Source: Myxococcota bacterium (GTDB taxonomy: Bacteria > Myxococcota_A > Polyangia > HGW-17). Taken from it: 64,000 nt of DNA. Under the pieces are notes generated by a model. The model was not told the DNA's origin. It ran no database searches and saw only the letters and a program-made list of their open reading frames with translations. The DNA is taken from positions 11,635-75,634 of the forward strand of contig JAHITJ010000250.1 in assembly GCA_018817795.1 (NCBI GenBank), given 5' to 3'. Below, piece by piece: positions 8,763 to 19,010 of this stretch. How positions within the stretch are numbered: position 1 is the stretch's first letter; each line of letters opens with the position of its first letter. The translations under genes were made by a program, and so were the position numbers.

Positions 8763-9038
8763 GACCCCTGGCGAGTTAATCTCCGAAATTAGAACTCGAC
8801 TGCCCTGCTGGAGAAAAGTGTGGCTGCACCGATGAAGCGTCCCCCGGATCGGACCGGTCGACGCCTCCTCCACGGCGGCCATCGGGGACAGATAGGTCCA
8901 TCACTTTCGGCACGTTTGTGCCAGATCATTTTCTTCTCCCGTTCTGCGACAAATCCCTTATAATGCGCCACCAGAAGTGGCGTTCATGCCACTTGGAGCG
9001 CCCCCCTGTGCGGCCGCCCACCGAAGAGAGGTTTTTCC

Positions 9039-11051
9039 ATGTCCCGCATTCTCGTCACGTCCGCCCTTCCGTACGCCAACGGCGACATCCACATCGGCCA
9101 CCTGGTGGAATACCTGATGACCGACATCTACGTGCGCGCCATGAAACTGGCCGGCGAAGACGTGGTGTACATGTGCGCCTCCGACAGCCACGGCACGCCC
9201 ATCGAGGTCAACGCCCGCAAGAAGGGCATGACCCCCGAGGAAATGGTCGCCGAGTACAACCGGCGGCACCTCGAGGACTTCACCGGCTTCGGGATCGAGT
9301 TCGACCGCTTCTACACCACCCACTCCGACGAGACGCGCATCCACGCCGAGCGCATCTTCTCGCGCCTGACCGAGGGTGGCCTGATCTACAAGAAGGACGT
9401 CGAGCAGTACTACTGCGAAGAAGACAAGCGCTTCCTGCCGGACCGCTTCGTCAAGGGCACCTGCCCCCGCTGCGGCGCTGAGGAACAGTACGGCGACTCC
9501 TGCGAGAAGTGCGGAGCCACCTACGATCCCACCGACCTGAAGGACTCTTTCTGCGTGCTGTGCCAGAAGCACCCCACCCGTCGCTCTTCGCTGCACTACT
9601 TCGTCGATCTCGAGAAGGCCCGCCCTGAAATCGCAAAGTGGGTGGCCGATGAAAAGCACCTTCATCCGGAGATGCGCAACTGGCTCGAGGCAAACTTCCT
9701 GAAAAACGAACTGCGCCCGTGGGACATCTCCCGGGATGCGCCGTATTTCGGCTTCCGGATCCCGGGCGAGACCGACAAGTTCTTCTACGTGTGGCTCGAC
9801 GCGCCGGTGGGGTACATCGGCACGACGCAGAAGTACTGCGACGAAAAGGGGCTCGACTTTGCCGGCTACTGGGAAAAGGGCGCCGACTGCCGCATCGTGC
9901 ACGTGATCGGCAAGGACATCACGTATTTCCACACGCTTTTCTGGCCCGCGATGCTGCACACAGGCGGATACAACCTGCCCGAACGCGTGCAGATCCACGG
10001 TTTCCTCACCGTCAACGGCGAGAAGATGAGCAAGAGCCGCGGCACCTCGATCACGGCCCGCACCTACCTCAAGCACCTGGATCCGCAGTTTCTGCGGTTC
10101 TACTACGCCAGCAAGCTCGGCCCCGGCCCCGACGATCTCGACCTGAACCTCGAGGAGTTCGCCCTGCGCGTCAACGCCGAGCTGGTCAACAAGATCGCCA
10201 ACCTCGCCTCCCGCAGCGTGGCACTGCTGTCCAAGCGGCTCGAAGGGAAGACCGGCGAGCCCGATCCGGCCGCCGCGGAGCTGGCCGCCTCCGCCCTCGA
10301 GAAGGTGCCCTCGATCCTGGCCCACTACCGGAACTTCGAGTTCTCCCGCGCGATGCGCGAGATCTGCGCCATCGCTGAGGTCGCCAACAAGTATCTGCAG
10401 GACGCCGAGCCTTTCAAGCTCGTGGGCGCCGAGCCCGAGAAGGCCCGAGCGATCCTTTCCTCGGCGCTGGCGTTCGTCAAGAGCCTGGCGATCCTGATCG
10501 GACCCGTGCTACCGCTGCTCAAGGAGCGCACCGAGAAGATGTTCCAGGCCACCGCGCCGTGGACGTTTGCCGACGCGGACTTCGCCCTGGCGCCGGCGCA
10601 ACTGACGCCCTTCGACCGCCTGGTGGACCGCGTGGATCCGGCCGTCGTCGAGGCCATGATCGAGGACACGCGTGCCCAGTTCGCACCCCCGCCGGGTCCG
10701 GGCGATCGCGTCACGCCGTTCAAGGAGATCATCGAGATTGACGATTTCGGCAAGCTCGACCTGCGCGTGGCCACCGTGCTCACCGCGATCAAGGTCGAGG
10801 GCAGCGACAAGCTCCTGCAGGTCACCGTGGACCTGGGCCGCGAGAAGCGCAACATCTTCGCCGGCCTGGCCGCGCACATCGATCCGGCGACCCTGGTGGG
10901 CCGTCAGGTGGTCGTGCTGGCCAACCTCAAGCCGCGCAAGATGCGCTTCGGCGTCAGTGAGGGCATGATCCTGGCCGCCGAGGACATCGACGGAAAACTG
11001 TCTGTCCTTGGCCCTGTTACAGAGCTTTTCCCGGGTGCGACGATTTCTTAG
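9039..11051 (+). CDS. metG: Methionine--tRNA ligase
   Basis: TSALPYANGDIHIGH, Zn knuckles, YVWLDAPVGY, KMSKS, C-terminal tRNA-binding domain (NLKPRKMRFGVSEGM). Confidence 0.98.
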   Translation: MSRILVTSALPYANGDIHIGHLVEYLMTDIYVRAMKLAGEDVVYMCASDSHGTPIEVNARKKGMTPEEMVAEYNRRHLEDFTGFGIEFDRFYTTHSDETRIHAERIFSRLTEGGLIYKKDVEQYYCEEDKRFLPDRFVKGTCPRCGAEEQYGDSCEKCGATYDPTDLKDSFCVLCQKHPTRRSSLHYFVDLEKARPEIAKWVADEKHLHPEMRNWLEANFLKNELRPWDISRDAPYFGFRIPGETDKFFYVWLDAPVGYIGTTQKYCDEKGLDFAGYWEKGADCRIVHVIGKDITYFHTLFWPAMLHTGGYNLPERVQIHGFLTVNGEKMSKSRGTSITARTYLKHLDPQFLRFYYASKLGPGPDDLDLNLEEFALRVNAELVNKIANLASRSVALLSKRLEGKTGEPDPAAAELAASALEKVPSILAHYRNFEFSRAMREICAIAEVANKYLQDAEPFKLVGAEPEKARAILSSALAFVKSLAILIGPVLPLLKERTEKMFQATAPWTFADADFALAPAQLTPFDRLVDRVDPAVVEAMIEDTRAQFAPPPGPGDRVTPFKEIIEIDDFGKLDLRVATVLTAIKVEGSDKLLQVTVDLGREKRNIFAGLAAHIDPATLVGRQVVVLANLKPRKMRFGVSEGMILAAEDIDGKLSVLGPVTELFPGATIS

Positions 11052-11062
11052 GATCCCTCATC

Positions 11063-11296
11063 ATGACTCCTTTTCCCTGGTTGATCCTTTCATTCCTGCT
11101 GAGCCCGCTGGGATACTTCTATGTTGACGCCCGCGGCGTGGACGTGATCTCGCTGACGATCGCATCCTGCGCGGTCTCGGCCGCCCTCGTGGGCGCCATT
11201 TTCTCGCGGATCACGCGGAAGTACAACGGCCCCTCGATCGTGGCCCTCTTCCTCTCGGTGTTCCTGATCGCCACCAACGTCTACTTTCTCATGTAG
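11063..11296 (+). CDS. Small three-TM membrane protein
   Basis: 77-aa hydrophobic ORF 11 nt after metG, GC3-rich codons. Confidence 0.65.
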   Translation: MTPFPWLILSFLLSPLGYFYVDARGVDVISLTIASCAVSAALVGAIFSRITRKYNGPSIVALFLSVFLIATNVYFLM

Positions 11297-11325
11297 CCAA
11301 GCTCATTCGACGGTGATGAGATCAT

Positions 11326-11366
11326 CCGTCTTCTCCGCTCCCGTCCGTCTTTTCCGTAGTCTCTTC
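11326..11366 (-). repeat. Purine-rich dispersed repeat, copy B
   Basis: Reverse complement gaagagactacggaaaagacgg... matches 56482-56503 at 20/22; lies between convergent genes. Confidence 0.55.
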
Positions 11367-11379
11367 CTGCTTCACACAC

Positions 11380-12954
11380 TCACTGCGCACGGCCGGTGCG
11401 GGCGGGGTTGCCACGGCCGGTGGACCAGAGAATGCAGTCGGTGCCTGCGCCTGGGACGGTCCACAGTTGCACACCACCCAGACCAGCGCCCAGCGTGTCC
11501 TTGAGCGAGATCAGGATGTCGAGCTGGCCGTCGCCGTCGACGTCGCCCACGGTGGGAGGGCTCATGGAGCCGCGCAGCGCGATGGGGATTCTGTGCAGAA
11601 GGGCGCCGCCGGCGCCGAGGATAATCAGGTGTGAACGATCGTCGGCCATCGCATAGGTCGTAAACAGCACCTCGGGGCTGCCGTCGCCGTTGAGATCGGC
11701 GATGACCGCCCCGGAGGCGCCGACGAAGGACGACATCGGGCCGTTGAACTCGTAGGCCCACAATTCCTGACCGTCGGGCGAGTACGCGCGCATCAGGCCG
11801 TCATAGGAGGGCACGACGATCTCCGGACGCTCGTCCCCGGAGAGGTTGCCCACCGCCGGGGCCGGCGCCACCTGCACGATGTTGTCCTCGTAACCGGTGT
11901 ACAGGGGGCCACCCGAGCAGATCGGCCACTCGAAGCCAGGCACGCGGGACAGGTCGGCCTCGAGGGCCCACAGGCAGTTGCCGCGGTTGACATATTCGCC
12001 GGCGAGTTCGTGGTCGCTGTAGATCACGATCTCCAGGGCTCCGTCGCCGTCGAGATCCGCAAACACCGGCGGGGAATCGGTGAACTCGTCGCGGTCCTCG
12101 CCGTCGGGGCCCCAGCCCTGCACCGCCAGCGCCCAGTCATGGAACATCGGCACCTGCGGGACCAGCTCGTCGGACAACTCCGGGTTGACCGTCAGCGGTA
12201 CGCCATCCTTGGTGAAGAAGCCGACGATGGCGCAGTCGTAAGTCGCCACGACCTCCAGATCGCCGTCCCCGGTGATGTCCGCGAGCCCGATGTTCTGGTT
12301 GTAGCCGCCGTGGTCGTAGCAGTCCTCGCAGTCGACCTGCGGCCAGCCCGGCAGCACGTTTCCCTGCAAATCGAAGACGGCCGTGACCGGCGTGGAACCC
12401 GTGCGCACCACGGCGATCTCCCAGGTGCCGTCGTGATCCAGGTCTGCTGCCGCGATGGAGCGGATCTCGTTGTCGGAATCCGGATACGGCGCTGGCCAAC
12501 CCGGCAGAAGCGTGCCGTCGTGCCGATACACGGCGATGGAATTGCTGTAGGCGATGGCGATCTCCTGGTGCCCATCGCCGTCGAGATCCGCCACGACCGG
12601 GGCCGCATACTGGCGGGCCGATCCGTGGTCGTTGGGACTGGTCGCCTCCTCGCCCACCGGGGCTCGCCACCGGAGCTCTCCGGCCGCCGTCCACACGTAC
12701 AGCACGCTGTGACGTCCGGCGATCACCTCGTTTTCGCCGTCGCCGTCGAGATCTGCAAACGCCGGCGAGCCGAACCAGTTTTCGTCCCAGGAGGCCGGGT
12801 AGGTGCGCACCAGCTCCGGCGCTGCGACCGCGCGGACCTCGCCCGAGACCGTGCATGTGGGCGCTGGCGGCTCCTGTGTGTGTCCCCTGGTCTTGTGCGA
12901 AGATGAACAGCCGACACATGCGAGCAGCCACAACATCATCCAGAAGCCTTTCAT
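11380..12954 (-). CDS. FG-GAP/VCBS repeat lipoprotein (beta-propeller)
   Basis: Lipobox CVGC; about eight ADLDGDGxxE-type repeats; LPGWP motifs; C-terminal W...RGNPARTG. Confidence 0.88.
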   Translation of the reverse strand: MKGFWMMLWLLACVGCSSSHKTRGHTQEPPAPTCTVSGEVRAVAAPELVRTYPASWDENWFGSPAFADLDGDGENEVIAGRHSVLYVWTAAGELRWRAPVGEEATSPNDHGSARQYAAPVVADLDGDGHQEIAIAYSNSIAVYRHDGTLLPGWPAPYPDSDNEIRSIAAADLDHDGTWEIAVVRTGSTPVTAVFDLQGNVLPGWPQVDCEDCYDHGGYNQNIGLADITGDGDLEVVATYDCAIVGFFTKDGVPLTVNPELSDELVPQVPMFHDWALAVQGWGPDGEDRDEFTDSPPVFADLDGDGALEIVIYSDHELAGEYVNRGNCLWALEADLSRVPGFEWPICSGGPLYTGYEDNIVQVAPAPAVGNLSGDERPEIVVPSYDGLMRAYSPDGQELWAYEFNGPMSSFVGASGAVIADLNGDGSPEVLFTTYAMADDRSHLIILGAGGALLHRIPIALRGSMSPPTVGDVDGDGQLDILISLKDTLGAGLGGVQLWTVPGAGTDCILWSTGRGNPARTGRAQ

Positions 12955-13021
12955 GACATCCTCCTCAATTCAGGGTCATTTCAACCCCTGCCAATATACC
13001 TCCACCCCCGGTTTTTTACAA

Positions 13022-13050
13022 TTGCCACGCGCCAGCGGGCGGGGCATACT
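13022..13050 (+). promoter_or_regulatory. Putative sigma70 promoter
   Basis: TTGCCA-N17-CATACT ending 22 nt before the 13073 start. Confidence 0.55.
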
Positions 13051-13072
13051 GCGGCGGGAGTGATTAAAACAC

Positions 13073-13942
13073 ATGCGGATCCGCCTCCATTTCTGGGTGA
13101 TTTCTTCCCTTCTTGCGATGACCGCCTGCTCCAGGGGCGAGCCGTCGAAGGACCCGGCGCCGGTGACCCCTCAGAAGCACCCGGTCAACGTCGAGAAATC
13201 TCTCGCCGGTTCCCGGGCCGGTCAGCGGCTGCTGCCCAAGATCAAGCTCAAGCGCGCCGAGACAGCGCTGCTCGACGGCAAGCACGAGGAGGCGCTGAAA
13301 CTGTACGAAGAGATGAGCCAGGAGACGTCCCTGACCGCCGAGGCGCGTTCCCAGTTGTTCTCGGGACAGGCCGAGGCGCTGTTCCACCTGCGTCGCTTCG
13401 ATGAGAGCGTCTCCATGTGGGAGCGCGTCATCGCCCTGCGCCCCGATGATCCCTTCGCCCACCAGAACCTCGCGCTGGTGCTCGCCGAGAGCGGCAAACT
13501 GCGTGAGGCCGTGGCACAACTGGATAAACTGCTGAAGCTTGATCCGGACGTGCTCGCGGCCCGCGTGGACATGGTGAACTGGTTGAAGAAGCTCGACACA
13601 CCGCAGGAAAAACTGATCGCCGCGGCACAGGCCTTCGCCACCGCCCGGAGCCACGTCGAGAAGCGGCTCGATGCCGCCCTGGAGCAACAGCAGAGCGATG
13701 AGATCGTGCGCCTGCTGGGTTACCTGATCGAGGTCCCCTCGGAGATCCTGACGCCGGCCCAGGAGGAGAAGTGCCTGACCCACGCGACCGCCACCGTCCG
13801 CGAGAAGGCCGGACTGCTGGCGGTCCGCGGCGACGCCGGCAAGGCACGCATGAAGGAGCTGCTCGCCAAGGAGGACGACCCCACCGTGCGCATGCTCTGG
13901 CAGAAGGCGCTGGCGGGCGACACCGGAGTTTCGGCTCCATGA
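13073..13942 (+). CDS. TPR lipoprotein with C-terminal HEAT-like segment
   Basis: Lipobox MTAC; TPR pattern RVIALRPDDPFAHQNLALVLAESGKLREA. Confidence 0.8.
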   Translation: MRIRLHFWVISSLLAMTACSRGEPSKDPAPVTPQKHPVNVEKSLAGSRAGQRLLPKIKLKRAETALLDGKHEEALKLYEEMSQETSLTAEARSQLFSGQAEALFHLRRFDESVSMWERVIALRPDDPFAHQNLALVLAESGKLREAVAQLDKLLKLDPDVLAARVDMVNWLKKLDTPQEKLIAAAQAFATARSHVEKRLDAALEQQQSDEIVRLLGYLIEVPSEILTPAQEEKCLTHATATVREKAGLLAVRGDAGKARMKELLAKEDDPTVRMLWQKALAGDTGVSAP

Positions 13943-14685
13943 AACTGGTTGACCTCCAGGGAGTGAGCCTCAGTTATGGACGGATCCAGGCCCTGGATCG
14001 TGTGTCGTTCCAACTGGAGTCCGGAGAGACGCTGGGCCTGCTGGGCGAGAATGGCGCCGGAAAGACGACCTGTCTTCGCATCCTGGCCGGCCTGCTGCTG
14101 CCCGACCAGGGACGCGTGCGAATCTCAGGCAGGGATCTCTACCCGGAGCCGCAACGGATGGCCCGCCGCCTCGGGTTCATGCCCACAGGGCTGCCGCCGG
14201 ATCAGCGCGTGGTCGAGACGCTCGACTTCCGGGCTCGGCTGTGCGGTTTTTCCGGAAGACGCCGTTCAGCCGAGGTGGAGCGCCTCGTCACCCTCTGCCA
14301 GGCCGGGGATTTCGCGCGCCGCTTCAACGGGACGCTGTCGACCGGCATGCGACAGCGGGTGGCCCTTGCATGGGCATTGTGCGGAGAACCAGATCTCATC
14401 CTGCTCGACGAACCCTCGTTCGGACTCGACCCGCGACAACAGATGTCCCTGCGGGAGATCATCGCCGCCGCCGCGCAGAAAAGCGCCGTGATCGTTTCTT
14501 CCCATGGTCTCGACGAGCTCGCACGCATTGCCGGGCGCTTCCTGGTGCTGCACCACGGGCTCGTGCTGCATGACGGCCCCGCCCCAGGCCCGCTGCTCGA
14601 GTTTTTCCTGGACCTGACCGGTGCTGGTTCCCGGGAGGAAGGGACCACGGCTCAAACCGCGGCCACCGCCGGTGACGTATCATGA
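13939..14685 (+). CDS. ABC transporter ATP-binding protein (GldA-like)
   Basis: Start MKLVDL (ATGA overlap); GENGAGKT, LSTGMRQR, LILLDEP, VSSH. Confidence 0.9.
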   Translation: MKLVDLQGVSLSYGRIQALDRVSFQLESGETLGLLGENGAGKTTCLRILAGLLLPDQGRVRISGRDLYPEPQRMARRLGFMPTGLPPDQRVVETLDFRARLCGFSGRRRSAEVERLVTLCQAGDFARRFNGTLSTGMRQRVALAWALCGEPDLILLDEPSFGLDPRQQMSLREIIAAAAQKSAVIVSSHGLDELARIAGRFLVLHHGLVLHDGPAPGPLLEFFLDLTGAGSREEGTTAQTAATAGDVS

Positions 14686-16814
14686 GATATGCCCTCACGC
14701 TGGCCTGGCAGGAAATCCGGCACACCTGGAAGACCCCCTCCTTTTACTTCACCGCCGCGCTGTTCCTTTTCTATCAGGGCATCGTGCTGGCGGTCACGCT
14801 CGCCCTTCGTCAGCACCCGCTCTCCCCGCCGGGTCCCCTGCTGGCTCCGTTCTTCGGAGGGCCGTTCTGGTTCTGGCCGATGCTGATCCTGGTGGTCGTG
14901 GAGCTTTCACACAACGCCATCTCCCGTGAGCGCGCACAGAACACGCTCGATGCGTTGCGGGCTTCGGTGCTCACACCGCACCAGATCGTCCTTGGCAAAT
15001 ACCTCGCGATGCTGGCAACATGGACGCTGCTGTGGGTCGCGACGTTGCCGCTGCTGCTGTTCCTCTGGATCATCCTTCCGCCGGACGTGACGGTACCGGC
15101 GGGCCCCGTTCTCACGGGCTACGCCGGCGTGGTGCTCGTGGGCGGTGCCGGGCTCGCCCTGGGCCTGTTCTTCTCCTCGCTGACAGCTGACACGCGCCTC
15201 TCCGGCATGCTCACGTTCGTGGTGCTGTTTGCCTTCGTCCTGGTCAAGATTATGACCAGCCCTGCGTTCGGCATCGTGCGGGACCCGAACCTCATGCGCC
15301 TGCTCGACGCCTTCAATTTTTTCGACGTGCTCGAGCGTCTCTCGCGGGGCTTTGTTCACCTGCGGGATCTGACGCTGCTTTTGACGCTGATTTTCGCCGG
15401 AGTAGCGGGCGCGGGCCGGGTGCTCGGCGCGGGCCTGCGCAGGAGAAGCCGCTGGAATGCGGTCGACCTGGGTGCATGGACCATGCTCGCGGCGCTGGGC
15501 TTTGCGCTGGTGTTCCGCCTGGGCTGGACCTGGGACGTGACCGGCCGGCCCGAGCTCGACCCCCGGCTTGAGCAGCGCATCCGCGAGACCACCGAACCCG
15601 TCACGTTGTACCTGTTCACCGGAAGCCCCTCGGCCGCCGCGCCCTTCTCCCCCGTGCCCGAGCTCGAGGTGCACCTGGAGCGCGTGTGCCGTAAAAGTCC
15701 GCTACTGCGCTGGGAGCGCATCCAGGCAGCCTCTTCGGGGCCTCGCGCATCCGCTTTGGCGGCCCGCTTCGGACTGAACCTCGCCGCCATGGAAGCCGAC
15801 TCCACCGGCATCCTCGAGGGCCGCCTGGTTGCTGCCACAGCCGTCCGCCACCACGTGATCCGGCTGTCCGATCTCTTCGTGATGGACATCCGCGAAGACG
15901 GCGTCGTGTTCCATGGCGTGGCGCTGCAGTCTGCCCTCTCCCGAGGGTTGGCGCGCCTGCAGCGTCCCGACGACGCCTCGTGGTGCTTCACCCGCGGACA
16001 CCAGGAGCGACAGATCACCGACACCAGCGCCAGCGGCCTGGCCCGGCTCGCGGCCGGACTGCAGTTTTCCGGCATCTCGACCCGCGAGATCGACCTACTC
16101 TCTCCGGTTCCGACCAACTGCCGATTGCTGTTTTCAACTGATCCGCAGACGGACCTGATGTCCGCCGAGGAGGAGAACCTCGCCACCGCCCTGCGGGAGG
16201 GACGCACCGGACTGGTGCTGGCTACCCATGAGTACAATCAACTGCCGGCTTCCTGGAAGCGCCCGTTTCAGGACTGTCATCTGGGCTTCTCCGACACCGT
16301 CGCCGAGGACCCAAGGCAGCAGTTGCGCTCGGGCGAGCCCGGACGGTTCCTTGTGCCCTGGCCCGGACGCAACGGACGTCTGCTCCTGACACGGCCCCTG
16401 ATCATCAGCACCGATCGATCCGCGGTGCCCCTGCTCACCACCTCCGACCGCGCCAGGCACATCGAGCGTGGCACCGGACGTGTGCTGGAGGAGAAGACCG
16501 CCGTGCTGGCTGCCAGATCCGGACCGGACTGCGCCTCGAGGATCCTGCTGCTGGGCTTCTCCGACGCCTTCTCCAACGACCGTCTGACCATCGGCGGGCA
16601 GAGCTCAGACGCATCAATGAACTGGCTGCTGACCCAGTTGCGCTGGGCCGCTGCCGAGCCGCCCGACGAGACCATGCCCATCTTCGAGATGGAACATCAC
16701 AAGCTTGTGCTGCCGCAGAGTCAGGTAGCCAGGATTCAAACGTTCGCCCTGCTGCTGTGGCCGCTGTTTGCGCTCGCGGTGGGTCTGTGGGTGGCCAGAA
16801 GGCGCCGAGCATGA
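14682..16814 (+). CDS. Fused ABC-2 permease (GldF-like) + GldG-like auxiliary domain
   Basis: ISRERAQNTLDAL..IVLGKYLA permease half; WDVT, CFTRGHQER, FSND, C-terminal TM + RRRA. Confidence 0.8.
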   Translation: MRYALTLAWQEIRHTWKTPSFYFTAALFLFYQGIVLAVTLALRQHPLSPPGPLLAPFFGGPFWFWPMLILVVVELSHNAISRERAQNTLDALRASVLTPHQIVLGKYLAMLATWTLLWVATLPLLLFLWIILPPDVTVPAGPVLTGYAGVVLVGGAGLALGLFFSSLTADTRLSGMLTFVVLFAFVLVKIMTSPAFGIVRDPNLMRLLDAFNFFDVLERLSRGFVHLRDLTLLLTLIFAGVAGAGRVLGAGLRRRSRWNAVDLGAWTMLAALGFALVFRLGWTWDVTGRPELDPRLEQRIRETTEPVTLYLFTGSPSAAAPFSPVPELEVHLERVCRKSPLLRWERIQAASSGPRASALAARFGLNLAAMEADSTGILEGRLVAATAVRHHVIRLSDLFVMDIREDGVVFHGVALQSALSRGLARLQRPDDASWCFTRGHQERQITDTSASGLARLAAGLQFSGISTREIDLLSPVPTNCRLLFSTDPQTDLMSAEEENLATALREGRTGLVLATHEYNQLPASWKRPFQDCHLGFSDTVAEDPRQQLRSGEPGRFLVPWPGRNGRLLLTRPLIISTDRSAVPLLTTSDRARHIERGTGRVLEEKTAVLAARSGPDCASRILLLGFSDAFSNDRLTIGGQSSDASMNWLLTQLRWAAAEPPDETMPIFEMEHHKLVLPQSQVARIQTFALLLWPLFALAVGLWVARRRRA

Positions 16815-19000
16815 GTGAAGAAAAATCGCACCCCCCCGTCGAGGAAGAGATCCTTTCCAAGCCCGCCGAGGCGGACCTGAGATTGTCTTCGAGCCTGCCG
16901 GTACCGCGGGCCCTCACCTGGACCCGCGCGATCCTCTACGGCGCCGTGCTGGTCGTCGGCGCCCTCTATTTCTTCTGGCGCTCCACATCCCCTTCGGTGC
17001 CGCGCAACGTGTTCCGCAACGCCGATCAGATCCGCGCGCTGGAGTGGCCCGACTCCCGCACCAAGCTGGTCTCCGATAAGGAGAATTGGGTGGTGGAGAA
17101 CCCCTCATGGGACCGCGCCCCGGCCGATCCCTCACAGGTGCTCACCCTGATGGAGCGGCTCAAGAGCGCCCGAGGTCTCCCGGTGCGGCGTATTCCTCCT
17201 GACTTCCGGCTCGTCGGGCGTCTGGTCGTGACCACCCCTGAGGCCAGCCGCACGCTCGTGTGGCACGCCGCTGGCGCCGACGCCATCGTTGAAAGCGGTG
17301 ACAACCGGTACCTCCTGCCAAACTTCCCTGTGGAGCAACTGTTTCCCGCCGCCGAGAATCTCGTCTCCCGAAGGGTCCTGTCCATCGATCCTGCCCTGGC
17401 CGAGGAGCTCTCCGTCACCGTCGTCACCGCCGACGGTGACAAACGCTACCGCATCCGCCACGATGGTGACTATTACTACATTCCGGGAACGCATGCGCAC
17501 CTGCTACACACCAAGACTGTGACCGGACTGTTCCGCGAACTCCAGGACATGACGCTACGCCGCCTCCTGCCAACCCCCAAGATTCCGCCCGTACACGCCG
17601 ATTTTTCCTTCTCTCTCGAGGGTGTTCCATGGAAACTTGCCCGCATCGAGGCCTCCTGCCCCGAGGGGGAGACCGCTGTGGCACGCTTTTCCAGCCGCTG
17701 GCTCGCCGGTTGTGTGGCGACAAGGTTGTGGAACCGTCTGACCCCGTCGCTTCCTGAGCTGCTCGAGGCACGTCTGCTGCCTGCACCCGCCTCAGGCGGC
17801 ACCTGGGACCGCATCGAGATCCGACATACCGGCTCTGCGGCGATCCGGATCGGGAAGACACCCCAGGGATGGGCCTTCGATGACGGAAGACTCGCCGACG
17901 AACGCGTGTGCTCCGGGACGATCGGGCAGTGGAGCGGTGCCACCGTGCTCGGCCTTGAAACCCTCAGCCCAACGGACCGCCCGGACACGCAGGTGATCTT
18001 CCACCGGGGAGAGCTCTCTTTCTCGGTGCATCTGCTGACCGTGGACGGAGAGACCTTCATCGTGCGGCAGGGGGAGAAGCGGCGGGCCCGGATTCCGCGG
18101 CTGCTGTTCGACCTGATCCGCACGGATCCAGCCTGGTGGGTGGATCGCCGCGTCTTCCCGCACACCGACATCGTGAAGATTCAGCGCACCGCCGGAGACT
18201 TCCGCGAGACATGGGCGCTGGGTCCCGAGGGTGACTGGCGAGTGCTCGAGCCGCTGGATCAGCCCTATCCGGCGGGCCTGCAGCGGGAGGTCATCCCCCG
18301 GCTGCTCTCCCTGCGCGTCGAGGTGTCCACCCCGGCCGCAACCCCTCCGGTCGTGGCTGAGGTGATGCAACCGTCCCCGGCACCGCCCCCGGCACCGGCA
18401 TTGGCACCCGCACCACCGCCATCCCCGACGCCCGCCACCGCCGTCGATCCCTCCTGGCAGGCACAGAAACGTCCTGTGCTGTGGACCCTGACACGCAGGG
18501 ACAACTCGAAGATCCAATTGCTGGTATCGCCCCTCGAGGCCGCCGCCCGCGAAGGAGCCGACGGCGCAAAGGCCCGCATTCGACTGTCCGCCGATGATGT
18601 GAATTTCCTGCTGCGCCCCCACTTTAACCTGCAGCGTCCGGCATGGAATCTTCGGGAGGCCCGCAGCGCCATGATCCGCTTCCCCGACGGACGCGGCGCC
18701 TCCCTGACCTTCCATGATCCACACTGGCTGTGGACCGCACCCGAAGGCAAAAAGATCCTCCCCGAGGCCAGCGCGGCGGCCTTTTTCCAGCGCATCAGCG
18801 ACGAGGTCGAGCACGCCACGCCCTGGGATCTGGGGACGATCCCTGACTGTCCGATCCGCCTGATGTTCAACTCGGACGCCGGCTTGAAGCAGGAATTCTG
18901 CCTTGAGGCGCACACCGACTTCCTGTTCCTGTCGCGTGCGGGCGGCTTCGGCCGCGCCGTGCTTCCGGCGACCTTCCTCGATTCCTTGATGAAGCCATGA
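16811..19000 (+). CDS. DUF4340-like multi-repeat protein with Pro/Ala-rich linker
   Basis: Start MSEEKS (ATGA overlap); N-terminal TM; repeated W.V..P...AD units; usual fourth gene of GldA/F/G-type modules. Confidence 0.65.
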   Translation: MSEEKSHPPVEEEILSKPAEADLRLSSSLPVPRALTWTRAILYGAVLVVGALYFFWRSTSPSVPRNVFRNADQIRALEWPDSRTKLVSDKENWVVENPSWDRAPADPSQVLTLMERLKSARGLPVRRIPPDFRLVGRLVVTTPEASRTLVWHAAGADAIVESGDNRYLLPNFPVEQLFPAAENLVSRRVLSIDPALAEELSVTVVTADGDKRYRIRHDGDYYYIPGTHAHLLHTKTVTGLFRELQDMTLRRLLPTPKIPPVHADFSFSLEGVPWKLARIEASCPEGETAVARFSSRWLAGCVATRLWNRLTPSLPELLEARLLPAPASGGTWDRIEIRHTGSAAIRIGKTPQGWAFDDGRLADERVCSGTIGQWSGATVLGLETLSPTDRPDTQVIFHRGELSFSVHLLTVDGETFIVRQGEKRRARIPRLLFDLIRTDPAWWVDRRVFPHTDIVKIQRTAGDFRETWALGPEGDWRVLEPLDQPYPAGLQREVIPRLLSLRVEVSTPAATPPVVAEVMQPSPAPPPAPALAPAPPPSPTPATAVDPSWQAQKRPVLWTLTRRDNSKIQLLVSPLEAAAREGADGAKARIRLSADDVNFLLRPHFNLQRPAWNLREARSAMIRFPDGRGASLTFHDPHWLWTAPEGKKILPEASAAAFFQRISDEVEHATPWDLGTIPDCPIRLMFNSDAGLKQEFCLEAHTDFLFLSRAGGFGRAVLPATFLDSLMKP

Positions 19001-19010
19001 CCGTCGACGT

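Noticed and set aside
8910-8924. Minus-strand TGGCAC...TGC as a sigma54 promoter
   Set aside because: The GG-to-GC spacing is one base short; it is just the palindrome ggcac-gttt-gtgcc.
8346-8971. Short ORFs across the structured region (e.g. TVTVTV, PSPSPS)
   Set aside because: They are translations of hexamer repeats and hairpins, with no RBS or protein-like composition.
7734-9038. DGR template repeat or reverse transcriptase
   Set aside because: I saw no copy of the FGE 3' end and no RT (YxDD) ORF by eye.
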